This document shows positions 49,163-57,943 of a stretch of 64,000 bases of DNA, in pieces. The DNA is from an uncultured Fibrobacterota bacterium (GTDB taxonomy: Bacteria; Fibrobacterota; Chitinivibrionia; Chitinivibrionales; FEN-1185): positions 320,001 to 384,000 of the forward strand of contig CAVSQB010000005.1 of assembly GCA_963729895.1 (NCBI GenBank), written 5' to 3'. Numbering within the stretch: the first letter of the stretch is position 1; each line of letters opens with the position of its first letter. The notes beneath the pieces are model-generated. The model was not told the DNA's origin and did no database searches. It saw only the letters and a program-made list of their open reading frames with translations. A program made the position numbers and the translations under genes.

Positions 49163-50485
49163 CTATTTCAAATGAATCCTCGGATCGAACACCGCATACA
49201 AAATATCCGTGGCAAGGAGGCTTACCACGTAAAGAATTGCCGTCAGGAACGTAAGGCCGGTGATTATCGGCACGTCGCGTGACGTTATGCTCGTGAGCAG
49301 CAGGTCGCCCAGGCCGGGAATGCCGAAGAACCGCTCCAGCAGCAGCGAGCCCATGATGAGAAACGGAATATAGGTGATAAGGTCCGTGAGAATGGGCAGC
49401 ATGCAGTTCTTGAGCACATGGAGAAACAGAATTGACGGAAGCGGAACGCCTTTGGCCCGCGCGGTGCGCACATAGTCTTTGTTGATCTCGTTGAGGATGA
49501 TGGTCCGGTAGAAACGCACCTCGGCGCCCAGGCCGGCGATCACCGCGATGAACACGGGAACGTAAATGCTTGACGGGTGCGCAAGCCCTGCGGCGTATTC
49601 GGGCGCTATCTTGAACATGAGCCACTGCCCGAGGAGCATGTACGCCAGGTAGGGAATGCACATCCCGAGCACGGTGACGAACACGCCGAATTTGTCGATC
49701 CAGGTGTCGCGGTAGAATGCCACGAAGCAGCTTATCACCATGGCGAAGAGCCAGGTGAGCACCATGGCGGGAACGGTGATGCACAGGGAAAACTTGCCTC
49801 GCTCGCGGACGATTTCGAGCAGGCTCTGGTTGGTGGCGTAGCTCTTGCCTGTAAAGGTGACGTTCTCCCAGAGGTGCCAGAAGAACTGCGAGTCGAACAG
49901 GTTCGCCGGCGACCACTTCGAAATCTCCGTCGTAAGCTTGCCCCCGTTGCCGGGGCAGGCCGCGAGTGCCGCGCAGAGGTCGCCGCAGGTGCGGACCGGG
50001 GTGAGGTCGAGGGTGAAACGGGTCCCGTCGCCGAGCTGGATATTCCAACACGGGGACGGCGTGTGCACGGTCGGCGAAACCAGCGGTTTCCCGTCCGTCA
50101 TTGACGCAAGCGGCGTTGCGGGGGAGAGCGCCAGCACGAGCCGTCCGGCCAGTCGCGCGCGCGTTTCGGCCGCCTGCCGGCCTGGTGAAAGATGAAGGTT
50201 GAGCGCTCGCGCAGCAACCGAGCCTCCCTGGTCGAGAATCTCAAACGTGTGCGTCCCGGTGGTGTTGTCGGTGATCACCAGACGCCTGTGAAAATTGAAT
50301 ATGCCGGGCCTGTCGAGTTTGTGTTTCTCGTAAAACGCCTGGCGCGCCTCCGCTCCGAGCTTCTGGTTCACATAGGCGGTCGACACGTCGCCCGCGATCA
50401 CCCGGAACAGCACAAAAGTAAGCAGCATTACGCCCAGCACCGTGAACACGGCCTGGACAAGGCGGCGGGTAATGTAACGCATCAT
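49163..50485 (-). CDS. ABC transporter permease (OppB-like) with a large extracytoplasmic insertion
   Basis: YITRRL, DYVRTARAKG, E.FFGIPGLG and DPRI motifs. Confidence 0.92.
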   Translation of the reverse strand: MMRYITRRLVQAVFTVLGVMLLTFVLFRVIAGDVSTAYVNQKLGAEARQAFYEKHKLDRPGIFNFHRRLVITDNTTGTHTFEILDQGGSVAARALNLHLSPGRQAAETRARLAGRLVLALSPATPLASMTDGKPLVSPTVHTPSPCWNIQLGDGTRFTLDLTPVRTCGDLCAALAACPGNGGKLTTEISKWSPANLFDSQFFWHLWENVTFTGKSYATNQSLLEIVRERGKFSLCITVPAMVLTWLFAMVISCFVAFYRDTWIDKFGVFVTVLGMCIPYLAYMLLGQWLMFKIAPEYAAGLAHPSSIYVPVFIAVIAGLGAEVRFYRTIILNEINKDYVRTARAKGVPLPSILFLHVLKNCMLPILTDLITYIPFLIMGSLLLERFFGIPGLGDLLLTSITSRDVPIITGLTFLTAILYVVSLLATDILYAVFDPRIHLK

Positions 50486-50489
50486 GCCG

Positions 50490-52418
50490 CTACCCCTCGC
50501 TTCCGGAAAGTTTACGCCGCATTCCGGTATCGATGCGGCGGTACTTGAGATACCCGTAGCCGATCGGGTGCTGTTTGATATTTCGCATCCAGTCGTAATA
50601 CAGGGTGAAGTTCTCCGGTTCGTAAATCGGCAGAAGCGGGCAGTCCTCGCTGATGATGCGTATCATCCGTACGTAATCGGCTGTGCGAGCGGGGCAGTCG
50701 GGCATCACCCGAATGGTCTCGTACAGACTGTCGAACTCCCGGTTCTTGTAATTGGAATTGTTGGTCCCCTTGTCGATGTTTTTCGAGTAGAAAAGCTGCA
50801 GGAAATCCTCTGCGTCCGGGTAATCGGCGGCCCAGCCCATGTAATACATCTGGATCTGCTTGTTCTGCACCTTTCTCTGGAGCGTGGGCCAGTCGTTGAA
50901 AATGCATTTAAGGCGGAGGCCGAGCCGGGCGAATTGCTGGCGCGCGAAATCGGCCATACGCAGGTTCAAGGGTCCGTCCGACATGTCAAATTTGAGTTCC
51001 GGAATTTCGCCGTTCTTCAGGAGGCCCGCCGCCGCGAGCTCCCGTTTGGCGTCCCCGATCTTCTTGAGCGCCGCGACGGTGTCGAAACGAAAATACGGGC
51101 CGGGTCCGGCTTCGTTGTGCCCAAGGAAGGACGTTGGCACCACGTTGACCGCCCTGATTCCCCTGCCGTTCGAAAGGATCTTGATCTCGTTTTCCGCGTC
51201 GTAGCCCAGGCTGATGGCCTGCCGCAGCGACTTGCTTCTTCCCAGAATGGAATCTTCCATGTTGAACGCGATCCAGTAGATGACGGGGTCGGATGATTTA
51301 CTGAGGGAAATATGTTTCCGTTTCCACGAATCGGTGAGGTCCTTGCCCGGCGTGATGACCGCTTGGAACGTCTCGACCGGAATTCCTGCCACGTCGACCT
51401 GCCTGCTCAAGAACAGCATCCACGCGGCGTATTCCTCCTCAATGTACCGGAAGTTGATTTTGTCAATGAAGGGAACGGGCTTGCCCGCGTCCGCAAGCAG
51501 TCCTTCGGCGCTGTCGCCCGCATAGTCTTTGGACCGGCCTTCGCCCTCGGAAGGGTAGGTGTCCTGGCGGTATTCGGGATTGCGCGTCATGGTGATCGTC
51601 CACTTGCGCTTGAAGGTCGTCAAACTATAGGGGCCGGTGCCGACAACCTGCTCAGCCTCCATTATTTCCGGGATGCGCTCGGAGACCGGAATGGAAACGC
51701 GGTTGCCTTTCCGGTCCGCCGTTGTGGACAAATGGTAATCAACAACCTCGCGGGGAACGGGCGCGTACACGTTATTCATGGCGAGAACATAAATGAATTG
51801 CGGGAAAGGCGCCTTGAGGCGCAGCACGAGGGTGAGGCTGTCCGGGGCAGAAATGCCTTCCACGGGGAGATCGTACCGGGAGAAATCGCCGATGCGGTAC
51901 AACCTTGTCTTCTCGCGGAACTCGTCGAGGCCGATGATCCGGTCGGCGAGGAACGCCCAAGCGAGGCCGGTGTTGATGTGATAGTCGGCCACGCGCTTGA
52001 ACGACAGCAGAAAGTCCTGCGCGGTCACGGTGCGCGTGTTCCAGGCATGGACGCCCGAGGGGTCCTTGCCGAAACAGGGATTGCGATGATACAGCACCCC
52101 TTTTTTCAGCTTTATGGTGTATGTCAAACCGTCGGCCGAAATCCGGGGCATGCCGTCTGCAAGCTGTTCCACGACTTCCACCGGCCGTTTGAGATAATGG
52201 TACGTGTAAAGCCCCTCGTAGAAATTAGCCTGGATGGTTGACGACGTGACGTCGCCGCAGGTGGCGGGGTCGAGCGACTTGACATCTGCGTTATAGACCG
52301 CCTCGTAGACCATGCCGCCGTCCTGCGCTCCGCTCCCCGCCGCCTTGCGCAGTACGAAAAGCGGCAGGGAAACCAGGATGGCGACAACGGCGAGGGAGAG
52401 GATATAGAACCATTTCAT
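50490..52418 (-). CDS. ABC transporter substrate-binding protein, family 5 (N-terminal membrane anchor)
   Basis: SLDPA, YEGL, GTGPY, LRQAIS and GWAADYPD motifs. Confidence 0.9.
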   Translation of the reverse strand: MKWFYILSLAVVAILVSLPLFVLRKAAGSGAQDGGMVYEAVYNADVKSLDPATCGDVTSSTIQANFYEGLYTYHYLKRPVEVVEQLADGMPRISADGLTYTIKLKKGVLYHRNPCFGKDPSGVHAWNTRTVTAQDFLLSFKRVADYHINTGLAWAFLADRIIGLDEFREKTRLYRIGDFSRYDLPVEGISAPDSLTLVLRLKAPFPQFIYVLAMNNVYAPVPREVVDYHLSTTADRKGNRVSIPVSERIPEIMEAEQVVGTGPYSLTTFKRKWTITMTRNPEYRQDTYPSEGEGRSKDYAGDSAEGLLADAGKPVPFIDKINFRYIEEEYAAWMLFLSRQVDVAGIPVETFQAVITPGKDLTDSWKRKHISLSKSSDPVIYWIAFNMEDSILGRSKSLRQAISLGYDAENEIKILSNGRGIRAVNVVPTSFLGHNEAGPGPYFRFDTVAALKKIGDAKRELAAAGLLKNGEIPELKFDMSDGPLNLRMADFARQQFARLGLRLKCIFNDWPTLQRKVQNKQIQMYYMGWAADYPDAEDFLQLFYSKNIDKGTNNSNYKNREFDSLYETIRVMPDCPARTADYVRMIRIISEDCPLLPIYEPENFTLYYDWMRNIKQHPIGYGYLKYRRIDTGMRRKLSGSEG

Positions 52419-52433
52419 GAGGTATTGATCCGG

Positions 52434-54257
52434 TCACTTTGCAATGGGCTGAGCAGATGGGGCATTCCTGGAAAACGCCGTGTCCACATAGATCCGTTCG
52501 ATGGTACTCAGCAATCCGCCGGTGACGCTCGGATTGATGTTCCGGAATTTGTTCGAAAGGCAGAAGATCTGTTCCGGCAGAACGGTGTAGATAAAGGGAA
52601 GCTCGTCCGCCGCGATGCGCTGCCACTCGTCGTACAGCTCCTTGCGTTTTGCTTCGTCGAGTTCCCTGCTGGCGCTGTCGAACAGGCTGTCGATCCTCGC
52701 CTCCCAGGGCGTTGCCGGCGTTTTCTGGCCCGGGTGCCACATGTGAAGATAGCCGGACGATTGCCACACGTTCTTCCCGAAATGCGGATCGATGTTGCCG
52801 CTCAGCGCAAGCAGGACCGCGTCCCAGGCGTAGGGCGGATTGTCGATCCGGTCGGTGAGCGCGCCGAATTCCAGGCGCTGGAAGTGCGCCTTGATGCCGA
52901 TGGCCGCCAGGTCCCTGCAGATGATCTCCGCAAGTCTGGTGCGCACCGTGTTGCCGCTGTTGGTGGACAACGTGAATTCCACGGGATGCCCGGCCGCGTC
53001 TTCAAGCACACCGTTGTTGTTCCTGTCTGTAAATCCGGCCTCAGCAAGCAACGACCGCGCCCGCGCCGTGTCGAAGCGATAGGCGGGAACGTCAGGGTTG
53101 TAGAAGTACCCTTCCGAAGGGCTCATGGGACCCCGTTGCGGGTAGCCGAGCCCGTTCATCACCGAATTGATCATGCTCTGCTTGTCGAGCGCCAGCGCCA
53201 CCGCCTTCCTGAAATTCTGGTTGGCAAACCACGACAGTTTCACGGAATCAACGTACGGCTTGCCGGTTACCGGATCGCGGCCGGTATTCTGGTTAAAGAA
53301 CACGAAGTAGCTTCCGGACGCCGGCCCGAGCCTGTACACCGTGTAGTGTCCGCGGGATTCGTCTTTGGCAAGTGCAGGAAAATCCTCTCCCTTTGCCTTC
53401 ATGTAGTCGATCTGGCCCTGTCTGAATCGCTGCAGCTCGGCATTCTGGTCCGCCACGATTGTGTACACGAGGCGCGACAGGTACGGCAGCCTCTTTCCGG
53501 CGGAGTCTTTCTGCCAGTAGAGGGGGTTGCGGCGCAAGACGGTCGTGTGCCCTGCAACAAACGACTCCAGTAGGAACGGTCCGGTCCCCACCATGGAGTC
53601 GGGTGGAGTATGGAGGCCGAGAGCGGCGGAGAACCGGCTGCCGTGCGCAAGCGGGGCGTACCGGTGCACGGGCAGTATCTCCTGCGCCATGGCGCGGAGA
53701 AACGGGGCATAGGGCACGGGCAGGTTGAACTGGATGGTCATGCTGTCAAGAACTTTGACAACGGGTCTTTTGCCGTTTACCGTAAACAGGTCCCGGGAGG
53801 AATTCGGGTTGATTGAATCGTTAAGCACAAGGCTGTCAAAGGTGAATGCCACGTCGCGCGCGGTAAATGCAACCGAATCCGACCATACGACGCCGGGCCG
53901 GATGGAAAAAATCCAGGTGAGCCCGTCGGGCGACACGTTCCACGACAGGGCCAGTCCCGGTTCCGGCTTGAGCGTAACGCCGTTGATTCGGACGAGCCCT
54001 TCGTACATGAGGCCCGTCAGTTCGCTGGTGGCGATGTCGGTTGATGTAATCGGATTGAAACACCTTGGGTCCTCGAAGGAAGCCTGGATCAATTGGCCGC
54101 CATAAGCGCCGATCCCGGGAACAAAGGCCTCAGCCTTTTTCTGGACTGCGGCGTAGTCGGCGGCGCCGGGCACGCCGGCCTGGTGCCGCAGTATCCCGCA
54201 GGCACACAGCAGTGCGACAAGCGAGGCGCACGCGATGCGCCCCAGGCCATACTTCAT
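52434..54257 (-). CDS. ABC transporter substrate-binding lipoprotein, family 5
   Basis: Lipobox-like LCAC; FNP, YEGL, GTGPF, RRNPLYW and FRKAVALA motifs; AAGGAG RBS before ATG 54257. Confidence 0.9.
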   Translation of the reverse strand: MKYGLGRIACASLVALLCACGILRHQAGVPGAADYAAVQKKAEAFVPGIGAYGGQLIQASFEDPRCFNPITSTDIATSELTGLMYEGLVRINGVTLKPEPGLALSWNVSPDGLTWIFSIRPGVVWSDSVAFTARDVAFTFDSLVLNDSINPNSSRDLFTVNGKRPVVKVLDSMTIQFNLPVPYAPFLRAMAQEILPVHRYAPLAHGSRFSAALGLHTPPDSMVGTGPFLLESFVAGHTTVLRRNPLYWQKDSAGKRLPYLSRLVYTIVADQNAELQRFRQGQIDYMKAKGEDFPALAKDESRGHYTVYRLGPASGSYFVFFNQNTGRDPVTGKPYVDSVKLSWFANQNFRKAVALALDKQSMINSVMNGLGYPQRGPMSPSEGYFYNPDVPAYRFDTARARSLLAEAGFTDRNNNGVLEDAAGHPVEFTLSTNSGNTVRTRLAEIICRDLAAIGIKAHFQRLEFGALTDRIDNPPYAWDAVLLALSGNIDPHFGKNVWQSSGYLHMWHPGQKTPATPWEARIDSLFDSASRELDEAKRKELYDEWQRIAADELPFIYTVLPEQIFCLSNKFRNINPSVTGGLLSTIERIYVDTAFSRNAPSAQPIAK

Positions 54258-54358
54258 GGACCGCTCCTTGGGAAAAAGCAGGATCACAAAAATATATAGG
54301 AAAAGGGTTGCGAGCACTTTAAAACTGAGAGGCGAGATGCGGGTGATCAAATTGGAGA

Positions 54359-54719
54359 AAATGGGTCAAGGCTTGGGCGCCCCGCCGAGTACGGCGGCGG
54401 CCCTCCTTGCGGGCTCGGCTTATCAGCCTCGGTGCCGCACTGCCGCCATGGTCTTCGGCCGCGGTCAGGCGGCCCTGCACTCCAGCGCACCGCTCCAGTC
54501 CGGCCTGGCGCTTGGCAAAAGGCAATATCCACAATTGTCAAGATAGATCGAATTAAATGGTTGAGAAGTTTACAAGTAGTTCGGTTGAGAATTTTGAAAC
54601 CGGGTGCCACAACGGTGCGCGCAACTGAAGGTACGGGCTTGCAGCTGCACCCCCCACGCCGCACCGGCTCGGCAATCCAATATTATTATTTGATATCCCC
54701 GCACACGCGCAGCAATCCA
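54359..54719 (+). repeat. Modular intergenic element, family A locus 9 (cargo, X, 2 right units at 40 bp)
   Basis: Cargo 54375-54511; X at about 54598; GCAC cores at 54661 and 54701; homologous to 10873-11195. Confidence 0.88.
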
Positions 54720-54741
54720 AGATCATATTCACTTCACGAGA

Positions 54742-55563
54742 TCACCGTTCTTCGCTTTGCCACTGTCGCCTGAACTCGGGGCTTTCGGCAACTTCCGTTA
54801 TGGTTTCCGCTTCTTCTTTCGTCCATGAAGACCGGGTCGCGCCGAAGGTCAGCGTTTCGAGAAAACCTGCAATGAGGCATTCACGGAATTTTGTTTCATC
54901 AAAATTGCTGACAAGTTCCTGCACGCAAACGCATTTTTCCGCAAGGAGCCTCTTCTGCGCCTCGCGTCGCCCTCGGTCCAGTTGCAGGAAGTCGGGAAGG
55001 TTTCTAAAAGCCGGGGTAAGCGGAACGGAACCGTGCTGGAGCACGGAACGGGCGGTCCGTTTCTGGGCCGATCCGACGAGCTTTCTCCCCGAGGCCATGA
55101 TTTCGTGACGGTTGGGCGAAAGAAAACAGGGCAGCTTTGTCCGACTTCTTGACATGCGGGTGTCCGGCGGCGAATCGTCCGTGGAACAGCGGATCCCGGC
55201 GCACGCGAGCCCGGCCACGAGGCAGCGCGAAATCATCTCGTAAGTCTCCATAAGGGTTGCTCCCATGCCTGCAACGCCGCTCGAGAAAATGCAGGAATAG
55301 GTAATGTCGCCGTCGTGAAGTACCGACCTGCCGCCGGTGGGCCGCCGTATCCATTCGACCCCGCATCGCCCCAGTGCGGCGCGGTCGAGGGTCGTTTCCG
55401 CCTTTTCCATGGTGCCAAGGGTGATGGAGGGTCGTTTCCATGTGTACATCCTCACAAAAACTGCCCGAACGCTTTCGCATAAGGAAAGCAGGTGCAGGTC
55501 CGCGGCCATGTTGAACGCCGCGGAATGGGGCACGTCGTCGATTATCCTGGCCGTTATCGTCAT
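54742..55563 (-). CDS. Lipoate-protein ligase / octanoyltransferase (LplA/LipM family)
   Basis: NMAAD, RRPTGGRSVLH, KLVGSAQ and LQHGS motifs. Confidence 0.9.
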   Translation of the reverse strand: MTITARIIDDVPHSAAFNMAADLHLLSLCESVRAVFVRMYTWKRPSITLGTMEKAETTLDRAALGRCGVEWIRRPTGGRSVLHDGDITYSCIFSSGVAGMGATLMETYEMISRCLVAGLACAGIRCSTDDSPPDTRMSRSRTKLPCFLSPNRHEIMASGRKLVGSAQKRTARSVLQHGSVPLTPAFRNLPDFLQLDRGRREAQKRLLAEKCVCVQELVSNFDETKFRECLIAGFLETLTFGATRSSWTKEEAETITEVAESPEFRRQWQSEER

Positions 55564-56085
55564 GCGGCAAAAATACTCGATGGAACGGGCTGTGCATCGT
55601 GGGTGCTTGGACGATGAGAAATATTTCGAGACGGGTTCGATTCAGCGGTTTCTCTTTTTGTTATTCGCTTAAGTGTTAATAGATTGTAGTTGCCGAACCA
55701 CAAGAGACCGTTGCTCCATTAACTCTTTGAAAACCTGATGAATAGCTAGCAGCGTTTTAAGGCGTTATCGAGAATAGGGGTGATTCGACCACACATCATG
55801 AAGGTTTATCTACCCGGATCACTCACAACCCGTTGAAAAACGGAAAAGGGGCGTTTGTGCACAGTCTTTGCTCGATATGATAATCGCCCGCCCGTTCAAG
55901 GGTGTTCTTTGTCCGAAGCCAAGTCCGATTATCAGGTTGTCCCATAGTTTATTTGTTTCAGTTGTGTGAAGAAACAATCGTCAAACGCTCTTTGTGAAAG
56001 GGGGATACGGGAACTGGAAGAGCGCGGGTAATTCCGAATGGTAATTGAACCGGGTCGGATAACTTTTAACAAAGGAGAAGTCGGT

Positions 56086-57762
56086 ATGATACGGAAAGTA
56101 AGTATTATTCTGTCAATTTTTGCACTGTGTGCTTTTACCGTAAACGCGGCGACGGTCACCGGCACGGTGACGGATACGAACGCCGCACCACTCGCGGGCG
56201 CCATTGTCACGGTCACCCCGCTAGGCGGCGGCGCGGCGCTGGCCGACACTACCGGCGCGACGGGCGAGTACACCATAACGGGTGTGACCGCAGGATTTCA
56301 TACTATTACCGCTGAAGCTGCCGGGTACACTGCCTCGGCTGCGGCGACTTTTGACGTACCGGCTGCGGGCAGCGTTGTCACGCGGCCGGCTATTGTCCTT
56401 GTACCGCTTCCCGCGGGCATTATCATTTCCGGTAGGGTAATAGACTCGGCGTCGGGCTTGCCCCTTGCCGGAGCAATCGTGGAATTGCGAACTACCGTCG
56501 GCGGCGGCGGCCTTGGCGTGCTGGTTGATTCGGTGAATGCTGCGGTGAATGGTACCTATGCCATTGACAGCGTTCAGCCCGGCACCTACAGACTTGTTGC
56601 CTCGGCAGCCGGCCATACTTCCTTGACCGTGAGGGTTGTCGTTGCTGCGGCGAACCTGCCCAATACCGACTTCCAGCTCGTTGGACTTCCCAAAGGCATT
56701 GTTATTTCCGGGACAGTCACCGATTCCGTATCAGGCAATCCCCTTGCGGGTGCAACCGTTACCTTGACCACCGGAGGCGCCGGCGGCGGCGCGGTAGTTG
56801 CCACTGCAACAACGACGGTGCAAGGCGGCTACACCATCGACAGCGTTCAGGTCGGAACCTATACGCTTGAAGCGACCGCTGCAGGACACGTGGCTAAGAC
56901 GATGAACGGCGTTGCGGTTGCGAACGCTAACCTTACCAGGGATTTCCAGCTTATCGGACTTCCTGCGGGCATCGTGATTTCCGGAACGGTCATCGATTCG
57001 GCTAAGGGCACCCCGCTTGCCGGAGCAGTTGTCCGGTTGACCACTGGCGGTGTCCGTGGCGCGCTTGTGGATTCCGCTATCGTGGCTGCAAACGGCCAAT
57101 ATAGAATCGACAGCGTTCAGCCAGGCACCTATTCGCTTACCGCAACCGACCCGGGCTACACTGCCCAGACGGATGCCGGAATCGTGGTTGCAGCTGCCAA
57201 TCTGACAAGGAACTTCGAGCTTGTAGCCCTTCCGGGCGTGAGCATTTCCGGAAGAGTGGCAGATTCGACATCGGGCCTGCCGCTTGCCGGAGCAATACTA
57301 CGTGCGGTACGGGCGGGCGTGGTGGTCGACACTGCGATTGTCGCGGCGAACGGCTCGTATACGCTTGCCGATGTTCCAGCCGGCACGTATACGCTCACTG
57401 CAAACGCCACCGGTTACGGGACCAAGTCGATTACCGGCGTGGTCGTGGCGAATGCCTCTCTCACCGGCGAGGATTTCCTGCTCGTCCAGGGCGGGACCGG
57501 AGTTGTGACGGCATCCGTGAACAATTCTACCAAGCCCGAATTCATCATGACTGCGGGCCGTATCCTGCAGCTTCGTAATTTCAATGATGAGGGCGTTGTC
57601 TCGGTTTACGGGCTGAGCGGCAAGCTTGTCTACCGCACGAACTTTGCGGCCCATACGGCCCTGGTGGCGCTGCCCAGCAGCATCAGCCGCACAAGCGGCA
57701 TGTTCCTGGTGAGCATTTCCCAGCGGAATGCCGTGTACCGCAAACAGATCCTGGTTCCGTAA
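56086..57762 (+). CDS. Secreted protein of five carboxypeptidase-regulatory-like Ig repeats with T9SS-like tail
   Basis: Signal peptide; repeats ISG.V.DS..G.PLAGA.V..G.Y.ID.V.PGTY.L.A.A.G; VYGLSGKLV..GMFLV tail. Confidence 0.85.
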   Translation: MIRKVSIILSIFALCAFTVNAATVTGTVTDTNAAPLAGAIVTVTPLGGGAALADTTGATGEYTITGVTAGFHTITAEAAGYTASAAATFDVPAAGSVVTRPAIVLVPLPAGIIISGRVIDSASGLPLAGAIVELRTTVGGGGLGVLVDSVNAAVNGTYAIDSVQPGTYRLVASAAGHTSLTVRVVVAAANLPNTDFQLVGLPKGIVISGTVTDSVSGNPLAGATVTLTTGGAGGGAVVATATTTVQGGYTIDSVQVGTYTLEATAAGHVAKTMNGVAVANANLTRDFQLIGLPAGIVISGTVIDSAKGTPLAGAVVRLTTGGVRGALVDSAIVAANGQYRIDSVQPGTYSLTATDPGYTAQTDAGIVVAAANLTRNFELVALPGVSISGRVADSTSGLPLAGAILRAVRAGVVVDTAIVAANGSYTLADVPAGTYTLTANATGYGTKSITGVVVANASLTGEDFLLVQGGTGVVTASVNNSTKPEFIMTAGRILQLRNFNDEGVVSVYGLSGKLVYRTNFAAHTALVALPSSISRTSGMFLVSISQRNAVYRKQILVP

Positions 57763-57834
57763 GTGAAGGTGATTGATGCGGCCGGAAATTTCCGGCTGCA
57801 TCAGAAACCAGATGTATTGAATGCTCGCATTAGC

Positions 57835-57868
57835 AAGAGGCCCTGCCTTCTTAGGCGGGGCTTCTTTT
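57835..57868 (+). terminator. Intrinsic terminator between the two Ig-repeat genes
   Basis: AAGAGGCCCTGCCT-TCTT-AGGCGGGGCTTCTT stem followed by Ts; a further hairpin at 57774-57803. Confidence 0.7.
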
Positions 57869-57943
57869 GTTACTGAGCGGTTTAGTAACGGTAACATTTT
57901 CCAGCCGGCAGCCCAGGTGTTCTTTGCTAAAAAGGGGAGAACT

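Noticed and set aside
10703..54719. Integron attC cassette array
   Set aside because: X motifs often begin with TAAC, but there is no matching GTTRRRY end, the genes between repeats are in mixed orientation and multi-gene, and no integrase is present.
55970..56060. Possible c-di-GMP riboswitch upstream of the Ig-repeat genes
   Set aside because: CAAAC..GAAA-like fragments are present, but I could not find the conserved GACGCAAAG junction or the second stem. An Rfam scan would settle it.
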